A stretch of 64,000 bases of DNA from a virus. Its lineage: Duplodnaviria > Caudoviricetes. Within the stretch, counting starts at the first letter, position 1. Every line of letters starts with the position of its first letter. Both the position numbers and the translations under genes were made by a program. A model generated the notes under the pieces. It saw only the letters and a list, made by a program, of their open reading frames with translations, made no database searches and was not told the DNA's origin. Positions 1-8,752 of this stretch are shown here, piece by piece. The DNA is taken from the IMG/VR virus record IMGVR_UViG_3300031992_000076, positions 1-64,000 of that record. The stretch is one strand, 5' to 3'.

Positions 1-109
1 GTGGATGAAAGACCAGTTTAAAGCAAATAAAGCTATTAAAGTTTATGCTGAAGTAAAAGATGAGAATGAAAATAATAAAGTTGAAGTAAAAGATGAGAAT
101 GAAGAATAA
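1..109 (+). CDS. 3' end of an upstream gene (…WMKDQFKANKAIKVYAEVKDENENNKVEVKDENEE*), truncated by the window edge
   Basis: Open frame from position 2 to TAA at 107-109, with a duplicated GAAGTAAAAGATGAGAATGAA; followed by a terminator. Confidence 0.7.
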   Translation, partial: WMKDQFKANKAIKVYAEVKDENENNKVEVKDENEE

Positions 110-116
110 AAATAAT

Positions 117-150
117 GCGGAAGGTATTTAACTACCTTCCGCTTATTTTT
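117..150 (+). terminator. Rho-independent terminator
   Basis: GCGGAAGGTA-TTTAAC-TACCTTCCGC hairpin followed by a T-run. Confidence 0.85.
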
Positions 151-233
151 TTGGTCTAAATTGGTTATGGTTGTTTAATTAAAAGTGAAATTATTAAAGA
201 AAGAAATATATGAGATAACAGGAGGAACAGATT

Positions 234-2783
234 ATGGCAGCTAGGGTTTTATATCCACCCATTGTGGATAATTATATGCCTGCATTTCAGGCTGGAAATG
301 TACCATGCCAGATATTCTTTAGTTTATCTAAATTCAATGGTAGTACAGATTTTACGTCTGTTCACGTTTCTGTTGTAAAGCAAAAAACAGGAGAAAATGT
401 AGTAAAAACTACTGATGATATAGAAAAACAAAGATATCGTGCAACTGGAATTATTTTAAATGTGAAACCAATTCAAGTATTAGGTGAAGAAAATTTATAT
501 TATGTAGAAATTACAGATGATGATTTATCTTCAATATCTGGATCTTTTAGTGGTTGGATTCCTGGATATATATATAAAGTTCAACTTCGTCTATCAGCCA
601 AAGATTTTGATAATTCGATTGGGCAGGCGGCATGGTTAAAAAATAATGCTAGTTATTTTTCTGAATGGTCTACTGTTTGTATAGTTAAAGCAACAGGAAG
701 AATAGATTATGAGATACCTTTATTAAATATAGATACAAGAGAAGAACAAGGTGCTTTCAATATAGAATCTCAAACTATTTATACTTCGGTATTAGATTTA
801 TCTGGTCACTTTTATAGAGAAATTGATCCAAGTGAATTAATTCATTCTTATCAATTTATTTTATATGATAGCCAAAATAATATATTGGAAGATAGCGGAG
901 ATGTTTATATTAATCAATTTTCAGCAGATGGAGATAGTTTTAACTATAAAGTTCGAACCAAACTTGAAAATGGAAACACTTATAAAATAAGTTTTAAATT
1001 TACTACAATTAATCAGTTTACAGGCGGATTCTATAGATGGGATGAAGAAGTTGATGATAGGTTGTCTTTTATTTGTTCTGAAGCTACTCTTGGACAAGCC
1101 CCTTGTAATGTTATTACAGTAGATAATGATGAAAATGATTTATTAAAAGATATATCTAATTTACATTTAGAGGAAGAAGAGGGTAGAATTGCTATTAAAC
1201 TATATGATCCATTAGATGAGATCTATAGTGGTAATTTGTGTATTCGTAGAACCGACTCCCGCTCAAATTTCCAAGTATGGGATGATGTATATTTATATGT
1301 AGTCAAGGCGGAAAGTATTAATGCTCTTCCTATTTATTATGATTATACAATAGAAAGCGGAGTTTGGTATAAATATGGTGTTCAAATTATAGATAAAGAT
1401 GGATATCGAGGAGTGCTTGATGTTATAAGTAAACCTATTATGAGAAATTTTAATTATTCTTTTCTTTTAGGTAAAGATAATCAACAACTAACATTAATGT
1501 TTGATAATACAATGAATAATTTTAAATATCAAGTAATGGATGGTAGAGTTGATCCTCTTGGTTCTAAATATACGAATATAGCTAGAAATGCTAGTACTTA
1601 TTATAGAACTTTCCCTATTAATGGATTAATTAGTTTTTGGATGAATGAAAATTATCTTTTCTGTTCTAAAGATGATATTTATAAATATAACACGATAACT
1701 AAACTATATGAAGATTATAATGAAGAAAATGATATTAGACAATATGATTATATTTATGAAAGAGATTTTAGAGAAAAGGTCTTAGAATTTTTACAAAATG
1801 GAGAATATAAATTATTTAAATCTCCAACAGAAGGAAATATAATTGTCAGATTAATTGATGTGAACTGTATTCCAAATCAGACATTAGATAGAATGATTTA
1901 TAGTTTTTCCGCAACTGCTTATGAAATGGATTCTCCTACAATGGAGAATTATTTAAAATATGGCTTTTACAGTATTGCGGAACCCGCATCAGATTTCTTT
2001 ACTTATGAAACTAAATTAGGTCAATTATCTATGGATTTTCCTATTGGAGCCAATGTAATTCAATTAATTTATGAAAAATATGATAGTCAAGATAGAAATT
2101 TAGGTGGTTATACTAAACAAATTGGTAAAATTCATCATATTAAAATTACTTTTGATGATAAACCTTTTAGGGTATTGAACTCTGGTGGAGAATACGTTGT
2201 TGGAAATAACTTTAATTTAAATGGTAGAATTTTTACTGTATATGATCCAGTTAGAATATATGAATTTGACGGTAGACTAGAATATTCTACTAGTGATAGT
2301 TTGATTTTAATGGGTGATGCAGAAGGAATAAAAACATTTGTGCATGCTACTGTTGATTTCTTATACGAAATAAGAAGTGAAGAGTACCAAGAAAAAGGAA
2401 TTCAAAGTAAACAAATTAAAGATGGAATTGGTCAAATTTTTGGGGAATGTCAACCAAATGAAAACCTATTTAATGAAATATATTATAAATATTTCATTAA
2501 TTGGGAATCAAATTTCCAAAAATTGGAATCTTTGAATGCAATTGAAATAGAATCAACTCCAGGAGCCGCATTTTCTGTTCAGGATATGGCAGATGAAAAT
2601 CCTGAGACTCATATTGTAGGTGCTACTGGACAATTAAGATTATATAATATAGAGAATCTTAAAAAATTAATTTATTTAGGAATTCAAAATCCTGTAACAG
2701 GGAATATTGAAAGTGTTAAAGCAGATGTCTTAGTTAATTATTTTTATGTTTTAACTAAAGGTAGCTATAAAAAGGAGAAATAA
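234..2783 (+). CDS. Putative virion structural (tail/baseplate) protein, 849 aa
   Basis: Long ORF with GGAGG RBS; beta-rich, acidic/aromatic composition; co-transcribed with tail genes. Confidence 0.6.
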   Translation: MAARVLYPPIVDNYMPAFQAGNVPCQIFFSLSKFNGSTDFTSVHVSVVKQKTGENVVKTTDDIEKQRYRATGIILNVKPIQVLGEENLYYVEITDDDLSSISGSFSGWIPGYIYKVQLRLSAKDFDNSIGQAAWLKNNASYFSEWSTVCIVKATGRIDYEIPLLNIDTREEQGAFNIESQTIYTSVLDLSGHFYREIDPSELIHSYQFILYDSQNNILEDSGDVYINQFSADGDSFNYKVRTKLENGNTYKISFKFTTINQFTGGFYRWDEEVDDRLSFICSEATLGQAPCNVITVDNDENDLLKDISNLHLEEEEGRIAIKLYDPLDEIYSGNLCIRRTDSRSNFQVWDDVYLYVVKAESINALPIYYDYTIESGVWYKYGVQIIDKDGYRGVLDVISKPIMRNFNYSFLLGKDNQQLTLMFDNTMNNFKYQVMDGRVDPLGSKYTNIARNASTYYRTFPINGLISFWMNENYLFCSKDDIYKYNTITKLYEDYNEENDIRQYDYIYERDFREKVLEFLQNGEYKLFKSPTEGNIIVRLIDVNCIPNQTLDRMIYSFSATAYEMDSPTMENYLKYGFYSIAEPASDFFTYETKLGQLSMDFPIGANVIQLIYEKYDSQDRNLGGYTKQIGKIHHIKITFDDKPFRVLNSGGEYVVGNNFNLNGRIFTVYDPVRIYEFDGRLEYSTSDSLILMGDAEGIKTFVHATVDFLYEIRSEEYQEKGIQSKQIKDGIGQIFGECQPNENLFNEIYYKYFINWESNFQKLESLNAIEIESTPGAAFSVQDMADENPETHIVGATGQLRLYNIENLKKLIYLGIQNPVTGNIESVKADVLVNYFYVLTKGSYKKEK

Positions 2784-2785
2784 GG

Positions 2786-4852
2786 ATGAAAGCTCTAAGT
2801 TATTTAAAAGATAAAGATTTTTTAAGAGCTTTGGATAATTATAATAATAAATTTTTCTGGGTTAAAATTGAGATTTTGAATTCAGATGATACTCCCATAA
2901 AGTGTATAGAGGGGCGGGTTCAGCCTGGCTCCTCTATTAATTTAAATGGAGATTCTTCAGTAAGGAGAACTTGTAATTTAACTCTAATTGCAGATGAAGA
3001 AGAAAATGATTTAACAGATATTAATAATCTTCTTTCTGCTAATAAAAAAATTAAAATTTTTGAAGGAATTAGAAATGATATTAATGCCAATTATGATAAG
3101 GTAATCTGGTTCCCATTAGGCGTTTTTATAATTACTCAACCTAATATTACACATAATGCTAATAGTTGTATAATTCAATTAAATTGTAAAGATAAAATGT
3201 GTTTATTAAATGGCGAGTGTGCGGGAATTTTACCTACCTCAATTACTTTTCATGAGTATGATCAAACAATTGGGTTAATGGAATGTAGCGGAGATCCGAG
3301 GTACGATGCTACCATAGAGCCAAACAATTATACTATTTATTCTTATAATGAAAATTATTATAGTTGGACTTTTGAATATGGGTGGAAAGAAGAACCTAAT
3401 GCAAATGCAGTTGGTACTACTATTTCAGTTCCTCAATTAATATATGATATTATTCAAACGCTCGTTTGTAATTATGGCGGCATTGGATTAGATAAAATTT
3501 TTATTAACGACATCCCGCTGAAAATAAAACAGATTGTAAGATATATTGGTTCAAATACATTATATTACAATGTGGATACTAATTTTTATACAACAGACCA
3601 ATCTTATGTTACCAATGATGGAACTTGGAGAACTTTTAATTATAATGAAGATGTTGGTTATGTTTATACTGATTTTGTATATCCTGGTTCTCTTGTTTCT
3701 GGTATTGGAGATAGTATTTGTTCTGTATTAGATAAAATAAAAGATACTTTAGGAAATTATGAATACTTTTTTGATGTTGAAGGTAATTTTATATTCCAAG
3801 AAATTAAAAATTATTTAAATACATCTTATGATCCAACAAATAAGTATAGATTAGATAATGGAAGAAAAATAGCTATTGCTAGTAATGGATTGAGTATTAT
3901 TGATGATACTAACTATGAAGTTGATTTTTATAGTAATACAAAATCTATTTATACTTTTAACGAAGGAAATGGATTAGTTACTTCTTTTTCTAACTCTCCA
4001 AATTATAATAATTTAAAAAATGATTTTCATATTTGGGGAGAAAATGATGAGGGATATGCTATTCATTATCATTTAGCTATTAAAAATAAACCTACAATTA
4101 TGAATACTTATTCTGTTGTTTTTTTACAAAAGAATGATGAATATACCGGCGGTTTGCGCTTGGCTAATTTTGGTGAAGTGGGAGAAGAATATACTCCTGC
4201 AGATTGGAGAGCTGAATTATATCTCCAAGGATTGACAAAGAAACAGCAACAAATTAGACCTGATGTTTATGAACAAGAATTATTAGATTTATTTGATAGT
4301 ATATATAATTTTAAAGAAAAAAAATTTAAAACTGATTTAGTTTATCATCCTAATGATCTAAAATATTTCTTTGATTATTTAGAGCCAATTAGTTCATTAT
4401 CTGATTGCTCTGTTGATATATTAGGAACTAAAATTTATTCTTATCAACAAGATAAGATTAATAGATTATATAATGTTGATATACCTAATGTGATTTTGAT
4501 TGATACGACTATGGATGCGGTAAGCAGACAAAAGCTTGTAGATGAATGTGAGCGAGAAGGGCAGCCTTTTGCCAATGTGAATTCTGTTGTGTATTCAAAT
4601 ATTGCGGTCGGTACAGCTGGATATACTGCAGAAGAGACTTCCCGCAACTTATTGTATCAATACACAAATTATAATGAAGGAATATCAATTCAAAGTATTC
4701 CAATTTATTATTTAGATGTGAATAGTAGAATTACTGTTCAAGATAGAATGTCTGGAATATATGGAGATTATATTATTAAAAGTATTTCTTTGCCTTTAAG
4801 CGCAGGAGGTACTATGACAATAACCGCCTCTAGGGCATTAGAAAGAATTTAA
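2786..4852 (+). CDS. Putative baseplate hub/tail-associated protein (DUF5048-like), 688 aa
   Basis: N-terminal 'GSSINLNGDSSVRRTCNL…IWFPLGVFII…DKMCLLNG' and C-terminal 'IPIYYLDVNSRITV…GDYIIKSISLPL…MTITA' pattern typical of Firmicute phage hub proteins. Confidence 0.65.
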   Translation: MKALSYLKDKDFLRALDNYNNKFFWVKIEILNSDDTPIKCIEGRVQPGSSINLNGDSSVRRTCNLTLIADEEENDLTDINNLLSANKKIKIFEGIRNDINANYDKVIWFPLGVFIITQPNITHNANSCIIQLNCKDKMCLLNGECAGILPTSITFHEYDQTIGLMECSGDPRYDATIEPNNYTIYSYNENYYSWTFEYGWKEEPNANAVGTTISVPQLIYDIIQTLVCNYGGIGLDKIFINDIPLKIKQIVRYIGSNTLYYNVDTNFYTTDQSYVTNDGTWRTFNYNEDVGYVYTDFVYPGSLVSGIGDSICSVLDKIKDTLGNYEYFFDVEGNFIFQEIKNYLNTSYDPTNKYRLDNGRKIAIASNGLSIIDDTNYEVDFYSNTKSIYTFNEGNGLVTSFSNSPNYNNLKNDFHIWGENDEGYAIHYHLAIKNKPTIMNTYSVVFLQKNDEYTGGLRLANFGEVGEEYTPADWRAELYLQGLTKKQQQIRPDVYEQELLDLFDSIYNFKEKKFKTDLVYHPNDLKYFFDYLEPISSLSDCSVDILGTKIYSYQQDKINRLYNVDIPNVILIDTTMDAVSRQKLVDECEREGQPFANVNSVVYSNIAVGTAGYTAEETSRNLLYQYTNYNEGISIQSIPIYYLDVNSRITVQDRMSGIYGDYIIKSISLPLSAGGTMTITASRALERI

Positions 4853-4873
4853 TAATAGAAGGAGGAAAAAGGA

Positions 4874-5716
4874 ATGAGTTATGTATTAGGGCAATATAAT
4901 AAAAATAAAAATGTCCTTGATGATAATATTTTTATGACCTTATTAACTAATGGTATTCCTAAGCGTAGACCAAGCAAAGGAGATATTGGTATTGGTACTA
5001 GCTCTAGTTTTTTTAGCGATGAATGTGTTCAAGTTGATAATCTTTTAAGCACTAAAAATTATTATTTTCATGGGAAAATAAAAAGAATGACTAGTAATCA
5101 AGTTTTTTATATTAAGTTAGTAAACTTTGATAGTGAAGATAATATAGAGCAATACATTAAAACAGTTACAATTTCTAAAGGCGACCCAAATGAATGGGTA
5201 GATGTAGAATTCTTATTTTCTCCTCTTGTTTCTTTTGACTGTATTTTATTTGAACTTCAAAGAACAGTAGATGATTATAGAGAAGAGATTAGATATCCGC
5301 TTATCGCTTATGAAGAATTAAGTGTTATTAATAATATTATCAGTTCTAAAATTTATGATGGAGTTAAACTGATTAAAATAGGTGTACAAAGCAGACCTGG
5401 AATATTAATGTGTATTAACGGCGAAGAGATTAGAACCAGTAGAACTGGTGTTTATGAATTAAAAAATGGAGTTATGACAGTAAGCTTTTTTTCTGTTTGT
5501 TCTGCTATAAAAGAAGGCGGGAATGACATGAGTAATTGGATTACTACTGTTAATGCTCAAGTTAATGATATTATAGCTAGGCGGGAAGCAGGAATTATTA
5601 CTCCTGAAGAAGCCGAAGCTGAAAAAGCTGCTATTAATAGTAATTGTTTTTTTGGTTCAACTAAACAAGATAGAAATATTGATAGTTTTACCTTAGATTA
5701 CATGTATAATGAATAA
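4874..5716 (+). CDS. Putative tail/baseplate protein, 280 aa
   Basis: GGAGG RBS; lies within the structural operon. Confidence 0.55.
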   Translation: MSYVLGQYNKNKNVLDDNIFMTLLTNGIPKRRPSKGDIGIGTSSSFFSDECVQVDNLLSTKNYYFHGKIKRMTSNQVFYIKLVNFDSEDNIEQYIKTVTISKGDPNEWVDVEFLFSPLVSFDCILFELQRTVDDYREEIRYPLIAYEELSVINNIISSKIYDGVKLIKIGVQSRPGILMCINGEEIRTSRTGVYELKNGVMTVSFFSVCSAIKEGGNDMSNWITTVNAQVNDIIARREAGIITPEEAEAEKAAINSNCFFGSTKQDRNIDSFTLDYMYNE

Positions 5717-5731
5717 AAAGGAGGAATAGAC

Positions 5732-7981
5732 GTGGGAATGGAGTCATTTTATGGTGGCCGTATGGGCGCATCATTCGTGATTGTAAAACAATTTGACGGA
5801 ATTGATATTCCTCAAGTTTCTGGGTCTGAGGTTTATAAAATTAAATATTTAGCAACCACAGATGATGGACAGTTTTTTATTTATGATACTGTTAATCAAT
5901 GTTTTATAATCAGAGATGAACATAACTATTTAAATTATAGATGGAAACAGCAAGCTTTAAATGGTAGTACAGTAGATACAAAACCTGATAAGGCGGGAAC
6001 TGGTGCTACTAGTCAGCAAGTTTTAGATACCGTATTAGCAGAAGGTATGATTCAATGCTTTGAAAGAGGTGGAGAAACTACTGATATTGTTAATTATGGT
6101 GAATATGTTATTATAGATACCCCAGATAAAAATAATCCTGAAAATGGTAAAGTTTATCGTAGAGGGATGAATTTTGATAGAAATGAAAATAATTCATTAG
6201 CAGGCGCCGAATATATTGGTCAAATAGTAGGTCCTCAGGGTTCTACTCCAGAGTTAGGAATGGACCACTATGAACAAATTATTCAAGATCAGAGTCAATA
6301 TGCTAATGTTCAGACTATCACTTATAATCAAGCTAATTTAGATATTGTGCCTGGTTATAAAGATGGTGTAGCTAATGATAATATTCAACTTGTTTCCGCT
6401 AATTTCCTTGATGAATTTGGTACAGTTAAAGGTTGTGTAATTGGTTTTAAAACTCCTACATTGGTAGAGGATTTTGATGCAGAGTCTGTTAGTCCTTATT
6501 ATCATAGAGATCCAGTTACGGGTGTTAGCACAGATTTGATTGAGGAAGATCCTACCCAGTATCAGGGCGGGCAGTGGTTACATCCTTTTTATCAAAAGTG
6601 GAAAATTAAAGTACCTAGAGGTTATCATGGTGTGAATGTAACAGATTTGGAAAAAGTTCACACTAAAACAATGCCTAAGAATTATAAACAGGCTGGGTTC
6701 CCTGGTGCTTCACTTTGGACAGATGTTGATTGTACTGTTCCTTATAACGTAGGTAGTGCTCAAGGTGTTTTACCGAATGAAACAACAGTATTAAGAGAGC
6801 AAGAGGGTCATATTTATTTACCTACTGACCCTAAAATATATGATGCAGATGATAGTGTTATTTCTTGTAAAGTTAATTACAATGGAATTGAGTTGTATGT
6901 TAAAAAAGAAGATTGTTATGGAGATATTTTAAGATATAAAGAAACCTCTTATGATAATCAGCAAACTGGAGAAATAACATATCATGATTTAGGTGATTTT
7001 AATAATATTTATAGAATGGTAATGGATGCGGAGGGTACTATTACTGTTTATTATACTAATGGACAACCTTCAGCTAGTTTACCAAAAGCTTTGACTTGGA
7101 TTAATGATATTTCATTAAGTCAGCAAGGAGACTTTGTAGTATTATTTAATAATGATAAAATAAGCGGCGGTAGGTATTATACTACATTAGACTGGGTAGA
7201 TCATGTTGAATTAGATAATACTGGTACTTTAAAGTTTTATTATAATACCAACCATGATTATCCTGCTTATCAATTTGATAATGTTATAGAATATTTTTCT
7301 GACGCTGAAATTGAAACAGAAGATCCAATATTACAGAAAGAGGGTACTGGTGATCAAAGAATTCATTTGACCTTTAATAGTGGAAGAGAAGAAATTATTG
7401 GAAATCCGCTTAACTATATTATTGAAACAACAATCTCTGTCCCAAGTGTAAATTATCCTGATGCTCCTTACTCACATTTGTTGGTTTATTATGCGGATCC
7501 CGCCTTGAGACAAACCTTCTCTAGTAAATGGGTTACGTATCCTAGCGGGAAGTACCCCAATGAAGTTTGGACTCAATGGGTTGATTTAGGAGATGTAAGA
7601 GGAGATAGCGGCGGTCTTCATATATTAGAAGATGTTGCTAGCGTTAATGATCTTAATACTGAACCTGATGGTTCCGGCACCTGGATCCCGCCTGAACAGT
7701 TAACGGATTCTCATGGAACTTATATTAATCCTGAAGGTGCTGGATGGGCTGTTACAATTACTCCAGTTGGTTCTTCAACTTCAACTATCTATTGTTTTGA
7801 TTATAATGATAGAATATGGTATCCGATTGGATCGATTAATCCAGAGGCAGTTTCACCCGAGTCAATTATTACTAAGTCTGATGCTGTGGGAGACACCCAC
7901 CTCCCGCCCGCAAGTGTTATGAATACATTAAAGGAAAATGGATTTTGGTTTGCAACTGAAACAGCTTATTTTGCTGAATAA
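5732..7981 (+). CDS. Putative tail-fibre/baseplate protein, 749 aa
   Basis: GTG start with GGAGG RBS; 'MESFYGGR.GASFVIVK' start and 'GAEYIGQIVGPQG' motif seen in large gut-phage tail proteins. Confidence 0.55.
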   Translation: MGMESFYGGRMGASFVIVKQFDGIDIPQVSGSEVYKIKYLATTDDGQFFIYDTVNQCFIIRDEHNYLNYRWKQQALNGSTVDTKPDKAGTGATSQQVLDTVLAEGMIQCFERGGETTDIVNYGEYVIIDTPDKNNPENGKVYRRGMNFDRNENNSLAGAEYIGQIVGPQGSTPELGMDHYEQIIQDQSQYANVQTITYNQANLDIVPGYKDGVANDNIQLVSANFLDEFGTVKGCVIGFKTPTLVEDFDAESVSPYYHRDPVTGVSTDLIEEDPTQYQGGQWLHPFYQKWKIKVPRGYHGVNVTDLEKVHTKTMPKNYKQAGFPGASLWTDVDCTVPYNVGSAQGVLPNETTVLREQEGHIYLPTDPKIYDADDSVISCKVNYNGIELYVKKEDCYGDILRYKETSYDNQQTGEITYHDLGDFNNIYRMVMDAEGTITVYYTNGQPSASLPKALTWINDISLSQQGDFVVLFNNDKISGGRYYTTLDWVDHVELDNTGTLKFYYNTNHDYPAYQFDNVIEYFSDAEIETEDPILQKEGTGDQRIHLTFNSGREEIIGNPLNYIIETTISVPSVNYPDAPYSHLLVYYADPALRQTFSSKWVTYPSGKYPNEVWTQWVDLGDVRGDSGGLHILEDVASVNDLNTEPDGSGTWIPPEQLTDSHGTYINPEGAGWAVTITPVGSSTSTIYCFDYNDRIWYPIGSINPEAVSPESIITKSDAVGDTHLPPASVMNTLKENGFWFATETAYFAE

Positions 7982-7988
7982 AAATTTT

Positions 7989-8019
7989 GAGAGGGAAGTA
8001 ATTCCCTCTCTTTTCTTTT
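7989..8019 (+). terminator. Rho-independent terminator
   Basis: GAGAGGGA-AGTAAT-TCCCTCTC followed by TTTTCTTTT. Confidence 0.8.
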
Positions 8020-8099
8020 GGTCAAAATTAAGTAATATAGTCAATATAGTTTTAAAATAATATTAGTAAATAAAAATCTTTGCAAAGGAGTAAAAGGAT

Positions 8100-8729
8100 A
8101 TGGCTACAGGTCAAGTAATTAGATATTTAAGACGCAAAGGCAATTCGGGCTTTACTGAGCCTATCTCTTGGCTAGGTGCAGAACAGCGCTTTGTTGGTGC
8201 TTTGCGTAATAGTGCAGTAAATAATTTAGAAGAGCAATATGCGGTTGGTACTGATAGTTATACAGAAATGTATGAAGATGCTCAAGGAAACTATATTATT
8301 GAAAAGAGCTTTTGTATTACTGATATAGATGCTTCAGAAGAAGTTGATATACAAGATCGAACAGAATATTATAAATTAATAACTACAATTTATAAAAACA
8401 CAGGTGGAGCTGGAAATTATTATTTTGAAGGTGATGATACTGTTTTTGCAAACAGTGTAGAAGATGCTATTTTTGGTGATGGTAGTATAGATTATCCTGA
8501 TGAAGAAATGCTTTATTTAATTAATGATGAAATTTTTGAATGGGATAGTAATGATGACCTTCAAATTCATGCTAATAGTGGTTTTCTTAATTCAAGAAAA
8601 GATGAGCTTTATTTTATTAAGAAAAATGAAACTCCACAATTAATTTTAACAAAGTATACAACCAAAAAATATGATGATAATGGTAAATTAATAGTGCGTA
8701 AAAAAGTTGTTAATGCACTAAATCCATAA
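8100..8729 (+). CDS. Hypothetical (probably structural) protein, 209 aa
   Basis: AAGGAG RBS; lies between tail genes. Confidence 0.6.
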   Translation: MATGQVIRYLRRKGNSGFTEPISWLGAEQRFVGALRNSAVNNLEEQYAVGTDSYTEMYEDAQGNYIIEKSFCITDIDASEEVDIQDRTEYYKLITTIYKNTGGAGNYYFEGDDTVFANSVEDAIFGDGSIDYPDEEMLYLINDEIFEWDSNDDLQIHANSGFLNSRKDELYFIKKNETPQLILTKYTTKKYDDNGKLIVRKKVVNALNP

Positions 8730-8752
8730 TTTAGATGAAAAGGAGTTAAGAG